From: Tubiluchus corallicola
Lineage: Eukaryota > Animalia > Priapulida
Assembly: GCA_030141605.1 (NCBI GenBank)
Contig: JAQGDQ010000324.1
Location: 62,001-126,000, forward strand
Length of the DNA stretch: 64,000 nt
Direction: 5' to 3'
The notes below the pieces were generated by a model. It was not told the origin of the DNA. It searched no databases and saw only the letters and a program-made list of their open reading frames with translations. Position numbers and translations under genes: made by a program. This document shows, piece after piece, positions 37,878-51,883 of this stretch (positions are counted from its first letter, which is position 1; each line of letters opens with the position of its first letter).

Positions 37878-40119
37878 ACAGTCAAATAAGACAGCTGAAT
37901 GAATGTAGAGGGAGGGTTTTATTTTTATTTTGTTGCTAGCTCTCATTTACTGCTAAAACAAGATGTTATACTGTAAATGCAAGTGTAAAATGGATGGGCT
38001 GATTCCATAAGCTTTTGTCCACCTTTCCAGGTTGAATGTTGATTGCATTTATACAAAATTTCAGACGTTTTTATGCCAGGGATAACAGTCTCTACATATG
38101 TCATATAATTTTGATTCAAAGCTTCTAGATCACTTTCAAATCACCAAACTGCTGTTATAAGTGCCAATGAATATCTGGAAAGATTTTAAAGGGAGGGTCA
38201 CTAATGTTTTGTTGATTTCATATCTAAATGTATTAATAAATACAGTATAAAATATATGATATAATATTAAATATATTAAATAAGTTGTTGGAGGACTAAA
38301 ATATGGTCATGGCATTGAGAATTAAAAATGGAATGTTATTTTTTTAATACCACACCTCTTTTTACAGTTATTAAATGTATACTTTGAAGTCAATAAATTT
38401 TAATTAATGTATCTTAAAAACTAATATTTAAATGATATTTAATGTTATTTAATGACTTCAAGACATTTCAGCATAGTGCTTATGCAGGGTGGAAATGGGA
38501 TGCCAGTCACTGTCCGTTGGTGTGTTGGTTGTTGTGTTGAGGATTAATAAGTTATTCGATTGTCGTCCATTTACGCCTCTGGCCAGTGCCTGGCACCTCA
38601 GCTTATACTTTTACTTATACTTGTTTCTCATATAAGTTAACTTGGTTGGTAGGTTGTTAAGTGAAAGCAAAACTGGATCCAATCTTAAACTGTAGGTCAA
38701 AACAATCTGCTCTTTAAAATATTGAAAGGAAACATACTATTTTTTTCAAAAATGACTTATGTGAAAGAATTGTTACCACGCAAACACAATTTCAAGTTCG
38801 CGCCACTAGTTCTTCGCTATTACATGCATTTCACATTCGCTAGTTATACGCGCACTTGCGCCATCATTTCGGAAACTCATTGCACAAAAAACAGGTGCTG
38901 TACCTCTCAGTTCAGACGTGTTAGTTTGTGACGAACTACACACGTTAGATAGCTCGTGCATGAGCACAGCGGTAAATTTGAATTTTTATCTTAAGACTTG
39001 CCTAGTTTTTGTACAACACACTGAATCTCTTACAGTAGCACTGTACTTCAATTTTTGCTTTCGCAGACACGTGCAAGACGTTCGTGGAATATTTTCGCTG
39101 TTGGAAATTATGTTAGTTTGTGATGTCATCAATAGTTGGGCTCGCCCGCCGTTAATTAAGTTTCTAATCTATTATTTAATTATCAGAACCGCTTTTGCAG
39201 TATTAGTTCTGTTAAAATGTATACTTTTTATTGGATTTGAAAATGAGGTCGTATATGAAAAATCGTTCGGTCTTCCTTTAAGTTAAGTAGACGAGTACTA
39301 GAATAGCTACGTGAATAATATAGTAAGCGGGCAGGTAGAGAGTCCAATCCATAGGGGTGAATAGGTAGGCAGACAGGTATTCAACGCTTATTTATTCTAC
39401 AACACATTATGCAGGTGCTTCAGTAATGATACACTTGTCATTATTATTACGTATATATTAAATTTGTTAGACCACTTCCCGTGGGTAAAAATCAAAGGAC
39501 AAAAACAACATTTGTTTACCGTAGCTTATTTAACATACAACGTTGGCACTAATGGCTATTCGGCGATTTACAACAATACGGGTAAGGACGCAATACACAA
39601 ATAACGAATAACATGCAGAATTTAATTGTAATTTAAACCACACGGCCACCCAACCCAGGACGACGGTACTTAAAATCAAAGCTTGAGCAAAACTGATATG
39701 GATTGTAACGCACGCACGCACATGCACACATACACACACCAGCTTCGGTTACTGCCATAGTAATGTGTCAAATAATTGCCAAAGAGCTGATCCGGGAATT
39801 AAGGACCACCAAAATCGCTAACACAATTGCACACTTTGTGAGAAGCTCACATCAGACGAAATCCTTCCAATACCGCCTCTCATACCAACTCGGCGAACAC
39901 ACGTCTCTATTTACGATTTGCCTGAATATTAAACGATACGTTAGAACTGACAGCGGCTGCTTGAAGACAGTATTCTTGGCACAGAATGTGCAGATAAGTA
40001 AGTGGGTACTGAGTAAGATAGGCAGATGAGTAGACACGTGTAGTTAGCTGGGTGGCTTTGCAAATTGGTAGGTAGGTGTAAACGTACTAGACAAATAGCA
40101 AAGTAAATAGGTCGGTAAA

Positions 40120-40257
40120 TCGGTAGGTAGGTGAATAAGTAGGTGGGTAGTAGTTTTGTTGATAGGTAGCCAAAAAGGTAGGTATGTAGGTAGGTAGGTA
40201 GGTAGGTAGATACCTAGGAAGATGTATATGTATGTATGTATGTATGTATGGTATGTA

Positions 40258-40298
<41 letters not shown>

Positions 40299-40510
40299 AT
40301 GCGTGCGTGCATGTGTGTGTATGTATGTAGATAGGTAGGTAGGTAGTTAAGTAGGCAGGTAGGTAGGTAGGTAGGTAGGTAGGTAGGTAGGTAGGTAGGT
40401 AAGTTAGTAGATAGGTAGATGGTGGCAGGCAGGCAGGTAGATAGGTAGGTAGCTAGAAAGTACTAAGTAGTTAGGTAGGTAGGTTGCTGTAGGCAGGCAG
40501 AGCTAGGTAA
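40120..40510. repeat. Compound microsatellite (GGTA)n/(GTAT)n/(GT)n
   Basis: Seen directly. Confidence 0.93.
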
Positions 40511-41059
40511 TTAAACCATTCGCAGACAGTGAGAGCATGATTTTTGCACCACAGACACATGCTTTGTGTAGAGTCATAAACTATTCTTGTTCCCACTAAA
40601 TTCTTTCTGATAACATCCTTTTCAGGACGACCGAATCAGTTAGTAGCAGAATCTAGCGATTATCGCATTAACTCGGCTCAGTTTATTTAAGGGTGACGCC
40701 TAGACGCTACGTCCTGTTGACGGATTCACTTTTAACCTGGCTTCCTTTTGGCTTCACTTCATTATCGGCACATTTACCGATAGTAGAGTGGCAAATGGGT
40801 GTCCATGCATAAAGCAGCAATTGATAACAATAATGGCAGATCCACGGATGGGAGATAGCAGAAATTAAGTGATGGATATACATTTGTTACTTACCCTTTT
40901 ACGAGTGTCTTCGTCGCAGGCTTGGGGAATCAAATAAAGCTTGATTTAAAAAACGAACTTTGAATTTGAATTATTCTCAGCAAATGTTTTACGTTAAAAA
41001 AACTTTGAAAGGTTTTATTTGTGACACAAAATGATGTAGTAAATGAGGGGTCTTGAAGT

Positions 41060-41826
<767 letters not shown>

Positions 41827-42573
41827 CTAAAAAACTGACGGCTGGGCACTGTTCGCAATTACACCACCTAATACTTATCAGTCTGGGCAGCTCAAGACGT
41901 TTAGCTTGTTTTCAATAATTTGTAGAAATTGCAAAATTGCAGTTAATTATTAACAATTACATGTAATATTACTTTCAAAATATGTAGGACGAAACCAAAC
42001 AAAATTAAACGAATTAAATGTATTTATTATTGGCACATTCTTGAATAGATTAATACACTGTGTATAGACGATTATAGATACTTTATATATTTTTTATAAT
42101 TTACGTTCATACTGGAATTAATATAGTTAAATAATATACATTCATCATCTAGAACTATATCTTTAGAATTCTATCATATAGTACATATATTTGTAGAATA
42201 AATACTTCAATAGATTGCAAAGATTTAATAACTATAATACATAGATCTTTTCTAAAAATAGTAACGCCATTTTAGATTTCGTTGAGATTTAGATGAAAGC
42301 AGAGTGCGTCGTTTTTTATGTGTAACCATAAACAGTTGGTGCACATTTTTAGACATATGATCGTAATGCAGACTCAGTTGGATAACTGCATATAAAATAT
42401 GTAATTAAGATAAATTACTTACCATGTTTATTGAAAGACAGGCAGTTTTTTTTACATGAGAACGATCTATTGAAAATACGTTAGAAATTTTATGGGGCTA
42501 CTATTTTTTGGGACTGAGTATAGGTGCTACTATCCGACAAACCCTACCACCAATCTGATATAAGAGAACGTTG

Positions 42574-43210
42574 TTAAGGTTCATTATATCACAGAAGGCT
42601 CGTCAGATTACAACAGAACATTAAGAAACAAAAATATATCATTATGTAACAGTAACAGATCACAAAATTCGTCATTATGTAAAAGGTTTTATATCATTAT
42701 GTTACAGACAAAAAATAATCCATTACATATAACAGTCGAACGTACGGTTGGTCCCGGTCTGTGGTCGGTATCTTTTTATCAAGATTTGGGTTTGGTTGTG
42801 ACTATGTCTTGTCAAGTCTGGTTTAGTATCAAAGAGACCAGTTCCCAGTGACTCCTATATCAGAAAAACTATAATCACAGCCTCAGCCAGATCCACAAAT
42901 AGAACAGGAGAACAAAAACTAATCTGAGCAAATCCAACCGTATGGCAATAGTATGGCAAGATGCAACTGCAGATCACGACCATTCTTACATTAGCTCATT
43001 ACATAATGCAACATTTTTGTTACATAATGATTATATATATATATATACACACATTTCCTGATGCAAAAATTGTCATACAGTGTTTGTCACATTATGGCAT
43101 AAAATTTGCTATGCAACGATGAATTTTGTGATCTGTTACATAATACAGCATTTTTGTTACACAATGTTATATTGTTGCATAATGACCATTTTGTCACATA
43201 GTGAACTTTA
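42574..43210. mobile_element. Foldback element with CATTATGTAAC subterminal repeats, TTAA-flanked, in the probable Gremlin 3' UTR
   Basis: Left arm has repeated CATTATGT(A/T)A, right arm repeated TTACATAATG; AACAGATCACAAAATTC is matched by GAATTTTGTGATCTGTT. Confidence 0.65.
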
Positions 43211-43379
43211 ATAAAATAACGTCCTTCTGCTATTTGAGTTTTAATAAAAGCCAGAAAGTTAAAGGGAAAGTCTTCTGCTGCACATAGCCAGTTAGTCAGT
43301 AGTTGGTGAAACGTAGAACGATTGAAGTTTTGGTTCAGTTTTGAAGTCGATGATTTCAGTGGGACAATAAATTTCTGCT

Positions 43380-44006
43380 TTAAGAATTGAAAATTTTGGA
43401 GACGTTTTGGCATCTACATTTCTTGATGATTTTTATCCGCTGGGTAAAAGCAGCCGGCGTTTGATCCGGGCATTTGAGCTGCACGTGGCGCCACCTAAAC
43501 TTGCTCGGCTTGCAGAAGGAACAAGACTTGAACGCTTGAGTGTCCTTGACGAAATGACCACGCTTCGGTATGAAAAACGAATTGCATTGACCATAGCAGA
43601 ACCGGTTCACGATGCTGACCGATTCACAGCCTTTGCGTCGAACTTTTTGGCGGAGTGGTTGCGTTTTACACCAGTCCCGTTTCAGGTATTTCTTCTGAGT
43701 AACGATCAGTGCTCGCCGACTGGATCTGAGAATCTGATTTCCAGGTGTTCTGACGAAGACATTTTTCGTCCGTGACGACACGCTCATGTCCGGTTGATGA
43801 CCTTTCAACACGAAGTCCGGCTCGCCGAGAATTCTGATGAGACTGGTACTGTTGAGAAACACAGGGCCATTGTCATCAAGAAATGAATTCTCTTCTGGTA
43901 TTGTGGCCACTCTTTTGTCCAGGTTCTGATCTTTACCATTTATAGTCGGGCTCAAGAACAAAAATGATGATGCGTAGATGATAAATGTTACTTCTTTGCT
44001 TGATAT
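43380..44006 (-). CDS. GREM: Gremlin (DAN-family BMP antagonist), main coding exon
   Basis: KYLKRDWCKTQPL...NRFCYGQCNSFFIP...FKSCSFCKP...CRC cystine-knot signature; acceptor tttttcag at 44007 gives an in-frame signal-peptide-like ISSKEVTFIIYASSFLFLSPTING. Confidence 0.95.
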   Translation of the reverse strand: MSSKEVTFIIYASSFLFLSPTINGKDQNLDKRVATIPEENSFLDDNGPVFLNSTSLIRILGEPDFVLKGHQPDMSVSSRTKNVFVRTPGNQILRSSRRALIVTQKKYLKRDWCKTQPLRQKVRRKGCESVSIVNRFCYGQCNSFFIPKRGHFVKDTQAFKSCSFCKPSKFRWRHVQLKCPDQTPAAFTQRIKIIKKCRCQNVSKIFNS

Positions 44007-44199
44007 CTGAAAAATACGTTAATTGTTAGCAAATGATTAGCAAGCCACTGGCTCACCAGTTGGTTAGTTAACTGCTAAGTTGACTAGAAGATCCAACTAG
44101 ACGCGATTAGTGAATCCTCAAAGCAAGGTGCCCGCATTCATTTGGCCTGCGAAACAAAACAGGATTGCGTCTGTCAGTCCACTGGTCATTCTGTTTGTC

Positions 44200-44475
44200 A
44201 GAATCAGTCAGACAGTCAGTTGAGCAAGTGGCCGGTCACTTGGTTAGTCAATTAGTTGGTTAGTTAGTTAGACAGTCAATAAGTCGGTCAGCCAGCGATT
44301 GAGGAGTCAAAGTGAGTGAGTGAATGAGTCAGTCAGTCTGTGCGTCCGTCCGTCCGTCAGTCAGTCGGTCGGTCGGTCAGTCAGGCAGTCAGTCAGTCAG
44401 TTAGTCAGTCAGTTAGTGAGAGACACAGCCAGTGAGCTGACCAACCATCCAGCTAGTCAGTCAGTCATTCAGCGG
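44200..44475. repeat. Degenerate (TCAG)n/(TTAG)n in the Gremlin intron
   Basis: Seen directly. Confidence 0.8.
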
Positions 44476-45319
44476 CTAGGCAGACAGATATACCCTCAGT
44501 CAGCTAGATACGTGCCATCCATGTGGTCAGTGAACCAATTACGTCCATAGAAACTTTTGAGACTTCCCAACGACAGCATTGGCTTCCCTAAGTTGCATGC
44601 TTGAGCTAAATTGTTTAATGACATATTCAGGTACATTACCTGCTGAAGCTCAGTGGTCAGGTTATCATCACGAGTCTATCTCATTATCACTTGTACGGCT
44701 ACCGTGGGTGGCGCATTCAACATAGGCATAAATTTTTTCGTGGACGTGCGAATGATTGCATTAGTTACGGCTGTTATGAATACAAATAATGATTGCATCA
44801 AATGAAACTGATGTTGGTAATCATAAATACGACGACGACGACGACGACGACAAAAGCAGTAGTGACGTCGACGATAGAAATGATGACAACATCGATATTG
44901 ATATTTTAAGTATTAATTCTGATTAAAAGTGGTGTGTATAACGGCTTTAGTTAAGCGGATCTTACGCATACAGCTATGCATGATCACGTATACGCACGCA
45001 CGCACACACACACACACGCACGCACGCGTTTAATATTTAAGACAAGCATCACTCTTCAGTACGATTAACGTAGCAGCTAAATAATTGAAGAAGGAAGGCA
45101 TAAAAAATTATGAGCCAAAAGGATTCGAACCCAGAACCTTGCGATCACGGATTGCATGCACTAATTATGCAGGTATGGGTCTGATATTTCATCCTAGTAC
45201 CAAATGAATGAGAAATATGTTAAATTTCAATTAAAAAATTAGGAAAAATTGCGAAAACTGGTAGCTCAATTCAATAAATGAATACTTTAGGTTACGTTTT
45301 TATTACTTTTATTACTCAC

Positions 45320-45322
45320 CAT
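45320..45322 (-). CDS. GREM: Gremlin first coding exon contributing only the ATG
   Basis: Minus strand ccagaATG|gtgagtaa; a phase-0 join to 44006 gives a 209-aa protein; in-frame TAA lies upstream of this ATG. Confidence 0.7.
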
Positions 45323-45599
45323 TCTGGAGGTCACGTATACAAGACAGCACTTTTATGAAGCCTGCGGTTAAGTATTAAATCAGAAGTAGAATTATTATTG
45401 TTGCCTAACATTTTCTTGACGTTCAGTTCAAAATAAGCACCTCAGATTTTTGTGATTTTGTTGTTGTTGTTGTTTGCTTTTTCTTGCGCAATGTTTACAG
45501 TCATCACCGAGCTCTGTTAAGCGTTAGTTCCAAAGAAGCCAGCACGTTTCATCAAACTGCATCCTCTCATCAAATTAAAGCTCGATAGAATCTAAGAAA

Positions 45600-45870
45600 C
45601 ACATCAGTCAGCGCCTGCAGCATCATTCTAACTCTGCCTCTGGCGGGACAACTGGTTGTTCATGACTCCCAGACCCGCGCCGAATGTCCAGCAGCGAAGC
45701 CATGGGCGGGGAGCCCTGGGCCTCGTGCCGCCAAAAGTTCCACTTAGCTTCCAGAGAAGACGTGGGATAAGGTGCTGTGAGTGACAGTTAACTGTTCCCG
45801 TCTCGCCACCAAGGCATCGTGAGACCGGCGGCTGACAAAGCGAGCGCCGGATTTGACAAAGTTTATAGCC
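45600..45870 (-). promoter_or_regulatory. GC/CpG-rich island upstream of Gremlin, probable promoter or enhancer
   Basis: Marked GC and CpG enrichment (GGGCGGGG, CCGCGCC, GCCGCC, GAGCGCC) in an AT-rich background, about 300-550 bp upstream of the ATG. Confidence 0.5.
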
Positions 45871-46075
45871 TGTTGTTAACATCTTCTTGCATTATTCATG
45901 GACGATTCCAGATAACTGGCTTCAAGTTTATTGACCTGTAAAATTAGCGACAGCTTGATGATCAACATTTTGAGACGCAGACGTCTGAAATGATTATATT
46001 GAGTAGCTCCTTTTTGCAGTTATAATTATAAATTAGGCTAAAAAATTCTGAAACAAAAGGTTTGAAATTAAAGAT

Positions 46076-46113
46076 GACAACAACAGCAAAGTAACAATAA
46101 CCACCAACACCAC

Positions 46114-46206
<93 letters not shown>

Positions 46207-46286
46207 CAACAACAACAACAGTAACAGCAGCAACAAAACAGCAACAGGAGTAGCAACAACAACAACAACGGCAGCAGCAGCAGCAA

Positions 46287-46317
<31 letters not shown>

Positions 46318-46490
46318 AGGAGCAGCAGTAACAACACAACAGCAACAAAACAATAGCAACATCATCATCAACAACAACAACAACAACAACAACATCAACA
46401 GCATCATTAACAACACAACAGCGACAAAACAACAGCAGCAGCAACAACAACAACAACAAAGCAACAGCAACAACAACAACTTCACAAAGC
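46076..46490. repeat. (CAA/CAG)n microsatellite
   Basis: Seen directly. Confidence 0.95.
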
Positions 46491-46989
46491 AAAACAAGAC
46501 TTAACAAAATACCTCGGTTTCATGACTGAAAGCACAATAGCAGAATGCGTTTGACATTTTTAGACAAAATTGCGGCGCTTTGCCATTAATTTGAGAAAAT
46601 CGTGCAAAAAGTGCACAAAAACAGAGTAATGATGTTCCTGTACCTGTAAATAAACTTTTGACGCTTCGCCGTGTAGTTCTAAAATGTTACTCGTAATTTT
46701 TCCAGGAAAGGCCAAAGCAATTAATGAACACTAGGTGAAATTGCAGTATAAAAATCAAAAGGGTAAAACGTGTTTTCTGACGTAACAGGACAAGAAACCC
46801 TACGCCATTAATTAATGGTTGTCTACGGAGAAAGACAAACCAGTTTCGGTTACTTACTTTATGTTTTCTCTTGTTTAAACTGTGATTCCGTGTAATCAGA
46901 TTTACGATCGTGTGCATTAAAGTTTTTGAAGACAGGTAATTACTGACTTCTTGTAAATGTACGGTAATTTCAGCAAAAGAAAAGATAAG

Positions 46990-47935
46990 TTAAGGTAAGG
47001 TAAGGTAAGGTATGGTAGGTTAAGGTAAGGTAAGGTAAGAAAAGGTTAGGTAAGGTAAGGTAAGGTAAGGTAAGGTAAGGTAAGGTAAGGTAAGGTAAGG
47101 TAAGGTAAGGTAAGGTAAGGAAAGATAAGATAAGATAAGATAAGGTAAGGTAAGGTAAAGTAATGTAAGGTAAGGTAAGTAAGGTAAGGTAAGGTAAGGT
47201 AAGGTAAGGTAAGGTAAGGTAAGGTAAGGTAAGGTAAGGTAAGGTAAGGTAAGGAAAGATAAGATAAGGTAAGGTAAGGTAAAGTAAAGTAAGGTAAGGT
47301 AAGGTAAGATAAGGTAAGGTAAGGTAAGGTAAGGTAAGGTAAGGTAAGGTAAGGTAAGGTAAGGTAAGGTAAGGTAAGGAAAGATAAGATAAGATAAGAT
47401 AAGATAAGATAAGATAAGATAAGATAAGATAAGATAAGATAAGATAAGGTAAGGTAAGGTAAGGTAAGGTAAGGTAAGGTAAGGTAAGGTAAGGTAAGGT
47501 AAGATAAGGTAAGGTAAGGTAAGGTAAGGTAAGGTAAGGTAAGGTAAGGTAAGGTAAGGTAAGGTAAGGTAAGGTAAGGTAAGGTAAGGTAAGGTAAGGT
47601 AAGGTAAGGTAAGGTAAGGTAAGGTAAGGTAAGGTAAGGTAAGGTAAGGTAAGGAAAGATAAGGTAAGGTAAGGTAAGGAAAGATAAGGTAAGGTAAGGT
47701 AAGATAAGGAAAGATAAGGTAAGGTAAGACAAGGTAAGGTAAGGTAAGGTAAGGTAAGGTAAGGTAAGGTAAGGTAAGGTAAGGTAAGGTAAGGTAAGGT
47801 AAGGTAAGGTAAGGTAAGGTAAGGTAAGGTAAGGTAAGGTAAGGTAAGGTAAGGTAAGGTAAGGTAAGGTAAGGTATGGTAAGATAAGGAGGTAAGGAAA
47901 GGAAAGCAAAGGTAAGATAAGATAAGGTAAGGTAA
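46990..47935. repeat. About 950-bp (GGTAA)n pentamer array with (GATAA)n blocks
   Basis: Seen directly. Confidence 0.97.
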
Positions 47936-48364
47936 TGTAAGTTTTTTTAAATATGTTATTTGTCCAATTAAATTGTTAAAGATATGAAATTTGTCCAATT
48001 TATTGAAGAAAAAGGCGCGGCATTTGTGTCTACGTGTTTTAACTCGGATAAGATATTTTTGCTTAGTTTTGCAAATGTTTTACGTAAAATATCTTTCACA
48101 CTTAGAGTGCCCCACTGATACTTCATTTCGACGAACTGTTCATCACTGCTGCGCGCCGTTTAAATCTACTGACTGACGATTATAGTCTAGCTGAAGCGTC
48201 AGCATTGAAATTATTTACTCTGCTATAACGCAAGTGATGAAATTAATCGTTTCTGGGTAAGTAATCCTCTTTTAGCGTGTTCAAGTCGCGTAATCGCGCA
48301 ATTAGGCGAAACTTGATGATTGATTTCTTTGAAAAATTATTAATCCTTTCTCATACGCGTTAAT

Positions 48365-48870
<506 letters not shown>

Positions 48871-50357
48871 GTTGTGCTTTTTATTGTACTTCAACATGCA
48901 ATAGGATATGAAAAATCATCCTGTTTTCCTTTAACAGAACTGACTGGCATACCACATTAGCAGAGATAACAATTACAATTATGAAATAAGGGCATTTATC
49001 CAGAGCCAGACGGAAATTGCACGGATAATAGATTGGCGTTACATGTTACACCGACACACATGTCAAAACACAGTCTGTACAGTCATGTATGTAAAAGTGA
49101 CATGCGAGTCAACAATTTGATCGAATAAATCCTAATTACATTTTACCAGGTCAGACACGGAACGAAACGATCAGTAATTAAAGGGAAAATATGGTATTTT
49201 AAAGTATAGGCCTATCCCAAAGCACTTTCCATACAAAGTTATATTAGCATTCCTGTTTGAAAGACTTACGTAATTGGAAAAGGAAATTCTTAATAAATCG
49301 AGATATTTGCGCCATCTGGTAAAACGGCACTGAATCGCTATCCCAGTGTGCACCACTGATTCACGAAAACACATTATTGATCTGACTAACACTATAAATA
49401 ATTCAAGCTTTTCCCTAGTCAGCGAAGAGTGTCATACAAGTGCTCTGATTATTTGTTCGAACTTTATACAATGTTACCTGAACTTATTTCAAACGACTTT
49501 TCAACATAATCAACAAATACCTTAATTACTTCTAAATCATTACTTCCCATCAAAAATAAAAATTTATCTGCATCACTCATAAGGAAAAATTCTGGTTTAA
49601 TTGCACTGATGTGATTATATAATCTTCCTCTAAGAAGCGTCATGAATATTTAAGAATATGATCATTTATAACAAAGTGTAATTCGTCTTTGATTTCATAG
49701 CTTAAACAGTGTGTGCATATACGATTCTCAGCCGGGATTTTTCCAGGTTTAACGTGCCTCTCCCTTTGAATGCACAAAGCATGAGAGCTGATTCTCAGTT
49801 TTGTAAATTTCGTTATAGCATATTTGGAATAACCAGAAAGTAAATAGTTTTCTAGTTGACATTGTTTTTTGAAGGTTCGATGCGTACGCAGTTTGTTTTG
49901 TCAAACCGGAGATTTCTTACACAGAAGAAATAACTGGGCACTTTTCAATGTTCTCAGTTTTCTTCATGCGTTAGCACCAGTGACCAATGACCATCGATTC
50001 AGGTCAGCGGTCTTAGTTAGGGTTCGTTGCAAACTATTAAACCAACTGGCGTAAGCGAGTTTCCTACCCCTCAAAGGCTGTTGTAAAGGACGTTGCCCTG
50101 TTTGTAAATTGTTCCAGCTAGTTGGCTGGTCATGCTTAAGTTAGCACATAACTAAGATTGCTGTTCTGTGTTAATCTGTGTTTGTGGGTAATATGAAACG
50201 TAAGTGTTCGTGATTATGTGTGACAAATGGTTACAGAACAATGAATCATCACACATGGTGGTCGCTAGTTTTGTGTCCCGTGGAAATAAACATCTAACTG
50301 TAATGAATTCGAAGCTAAAACTACCCAGGAGCACAGCTTCGAATGTGATTTTATAAG

Positions 50358-51422
50358 ATGCATGATAGCTGCACAGAAAAGTTGCAGCTTGTTCATTTAT
50401 ACTGGAAGCAAGTTATACGATTGATCAGCAAACACAAGAAAGTGATCATACTGTCATGCTGCGTAATGCAAGTGATGTGGTGCTTAATGTTAACGAACAG
50501 TATCAAAGCGCCACCATTTCATCTAGAAGTTGCCGTTCTCGCCTATGACAGACCATACTCTCTTGCTCGCTTGCTGAAGTCTCTGCAAGAAGCCACTTAT
50601 GATGGCGATAACGTCACGTTGAAAATCTGCATCGACAGACCAAGAAACGATGAAGATCTTTATAAAGAGAACATCAGAATAGCCGAGGAGTTGAACTGGC
50701 CCTTTGGTGCCAAAATAGTCAAAGCGCACCCAAAAAATGTTGGCGCGTACATACAGTGGTACGAGTGCTGGCAGCCAGATGACTCTGATGATATGTTTGG
50801 TTTGATACTAGAAGACGATTTGCGTCTATCACCTTATTATTACCGATGGCTCAAAGCAGCTTTATTGGAGTATAAGGATGATGCTAGTGTCGGTGGGATC
50901 ACCTTGCAAAGAGGAACTTTGATTGCTCGGAATGGAAAGCACCGGAATCCTCTGTGTATAGGCTGTCAGGACCCCGTGTTCTTTTATCGCCTTTTGGGCA
51001 CATGGGGCTTTGCTCCGATGCCCAAAGTCTGGAAGCAGTTTCGACATTGGGTGTTCGCGGCCAAGTTGGATCCAGAATTTATTCCATACGTGCGCGGCGA
51101 AAAGTTGATGACCAATGCTTGGCTAATGAAGCGACACCTGGTGATGAAGACCATGCCAGAATCGTATACCATCTATTTCCTGGGCAGCAATCATCTATTT
51201 ACCGTTTATGCCAACCTCCCAGACAATCGGACTTTAGCCTGCAATCACAGAGAGCCGGGCATGAACTATAAGGGCGGTAGGACCGACATACCTATCGGAG
51301 AATGTGATTTTGAACCGCTCATGAGTTGGAGTGACAAGTTTGTTAAGTTTCCTGTGACTCCCGTGAAACTGGATTGGGATGCATTGCCAGAATTGCCGAC
51401 AACAACAGCAGAGAATTTATAG
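50358..51422 (+). CDS. Intronless GT-A fold (GT2-like) glycosyltransferase, predicted type II membrane protein, 354 aa
   Basis: N-terminal hydrophobic anchor; VAVLAYDRPYSLARLLKSL strand-helix motif, ICID, WPFG.K, GLILEDD (DxD-like), LGTWG. Confidence 0.85.
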   Translation: MHDSCTEKLQLVHLYWKQVIRLISKHKKVIILSCCVMQVMWCLMLTNSIKAPPFHLEVAVLAYDRPYSLARLLKSLQEATYDGDNVTLKICIDRPRNDEDLYKENIRIAEELNWPFGAKIVKAHPKNVGAYIQWYECWQPDDSDDMFGLILEDDLRLSPYYYRWLKAALLEYKDDASVGGITLQRGTLIARNGKHRNPLCIGCQDPVFFYRLLGTWGFAPMPKVWKQFRHWVFAAKLDPEFIPYVRGEKLMTNAWLMKRHLVMKTMPESYTIYFLGSNHLFTVYANLPDNRTLACNHREPGMNYKGGRTDIPIGECDFEPLMSWSDKFVKFPVTPVKLDWDALPELPTTTAENL

Positions 51423-51428
51423 TACATA

Positions 51429-51883
51429 CCGTATTTTCCCATGTATAAGAGACCCTTTTTTGCTCAGAATTTTCACTTTAAAAATAGGGGGTCTCTTATA
51501 CATGGGAGTAAGTCTTTTCAATAAGATGCATAAATTGTGACACTAATGATTTTAAAGAAATAAGTGCTCTACAACTGTTTTGCGTGTCGCGTTCGACTAT
51601 GAAGCGGTTGTAAGCAATACAAGCATCGTGACACAGGCATTATCTCCTCGTTTTCTCTTTTCCTGTTACAGGTTTGCAGGTACGCACTTTAATATATACC
51701 AGTACTCTTTTTCTACAACACATTAACTGGTTTTATTTTGTTTTCAGTACCGCACTGAGTTGAAAAAAGTTGTACTTTACCCTCTAAAAATGTCCGTCTG
51801 AAAAAACTTTTTTCCAGAATTTTTGCCTAAAAATTGAAGGGGTCTCTTATACACAAGGGTCTCTTATACACGGGAAAATACGG
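51429..51883. mobile_element. Tc1/mariner-pogo-type MITE just after the glycosyltransferase stop codon
   Basis: TA|CCGTATTTTCCCATGTATAAGAGACCC...GGGTCTCTTATACACGGGAAAATACGG|TA. Confidence 0.9.

Noticed and set aside
45640-45860. Canonical BMP/Smad silencer element (GRCGNC-N5-GTCT) upstream of Gremlin
   Set aside because: GC-rich and AGAC half-sites are present, but I found none with the 5-bp spacing.
46990-47935. Interstitial telomere repeat
   Set aside because: The unit is TAAGG, not TTAGGG or TTAGG.
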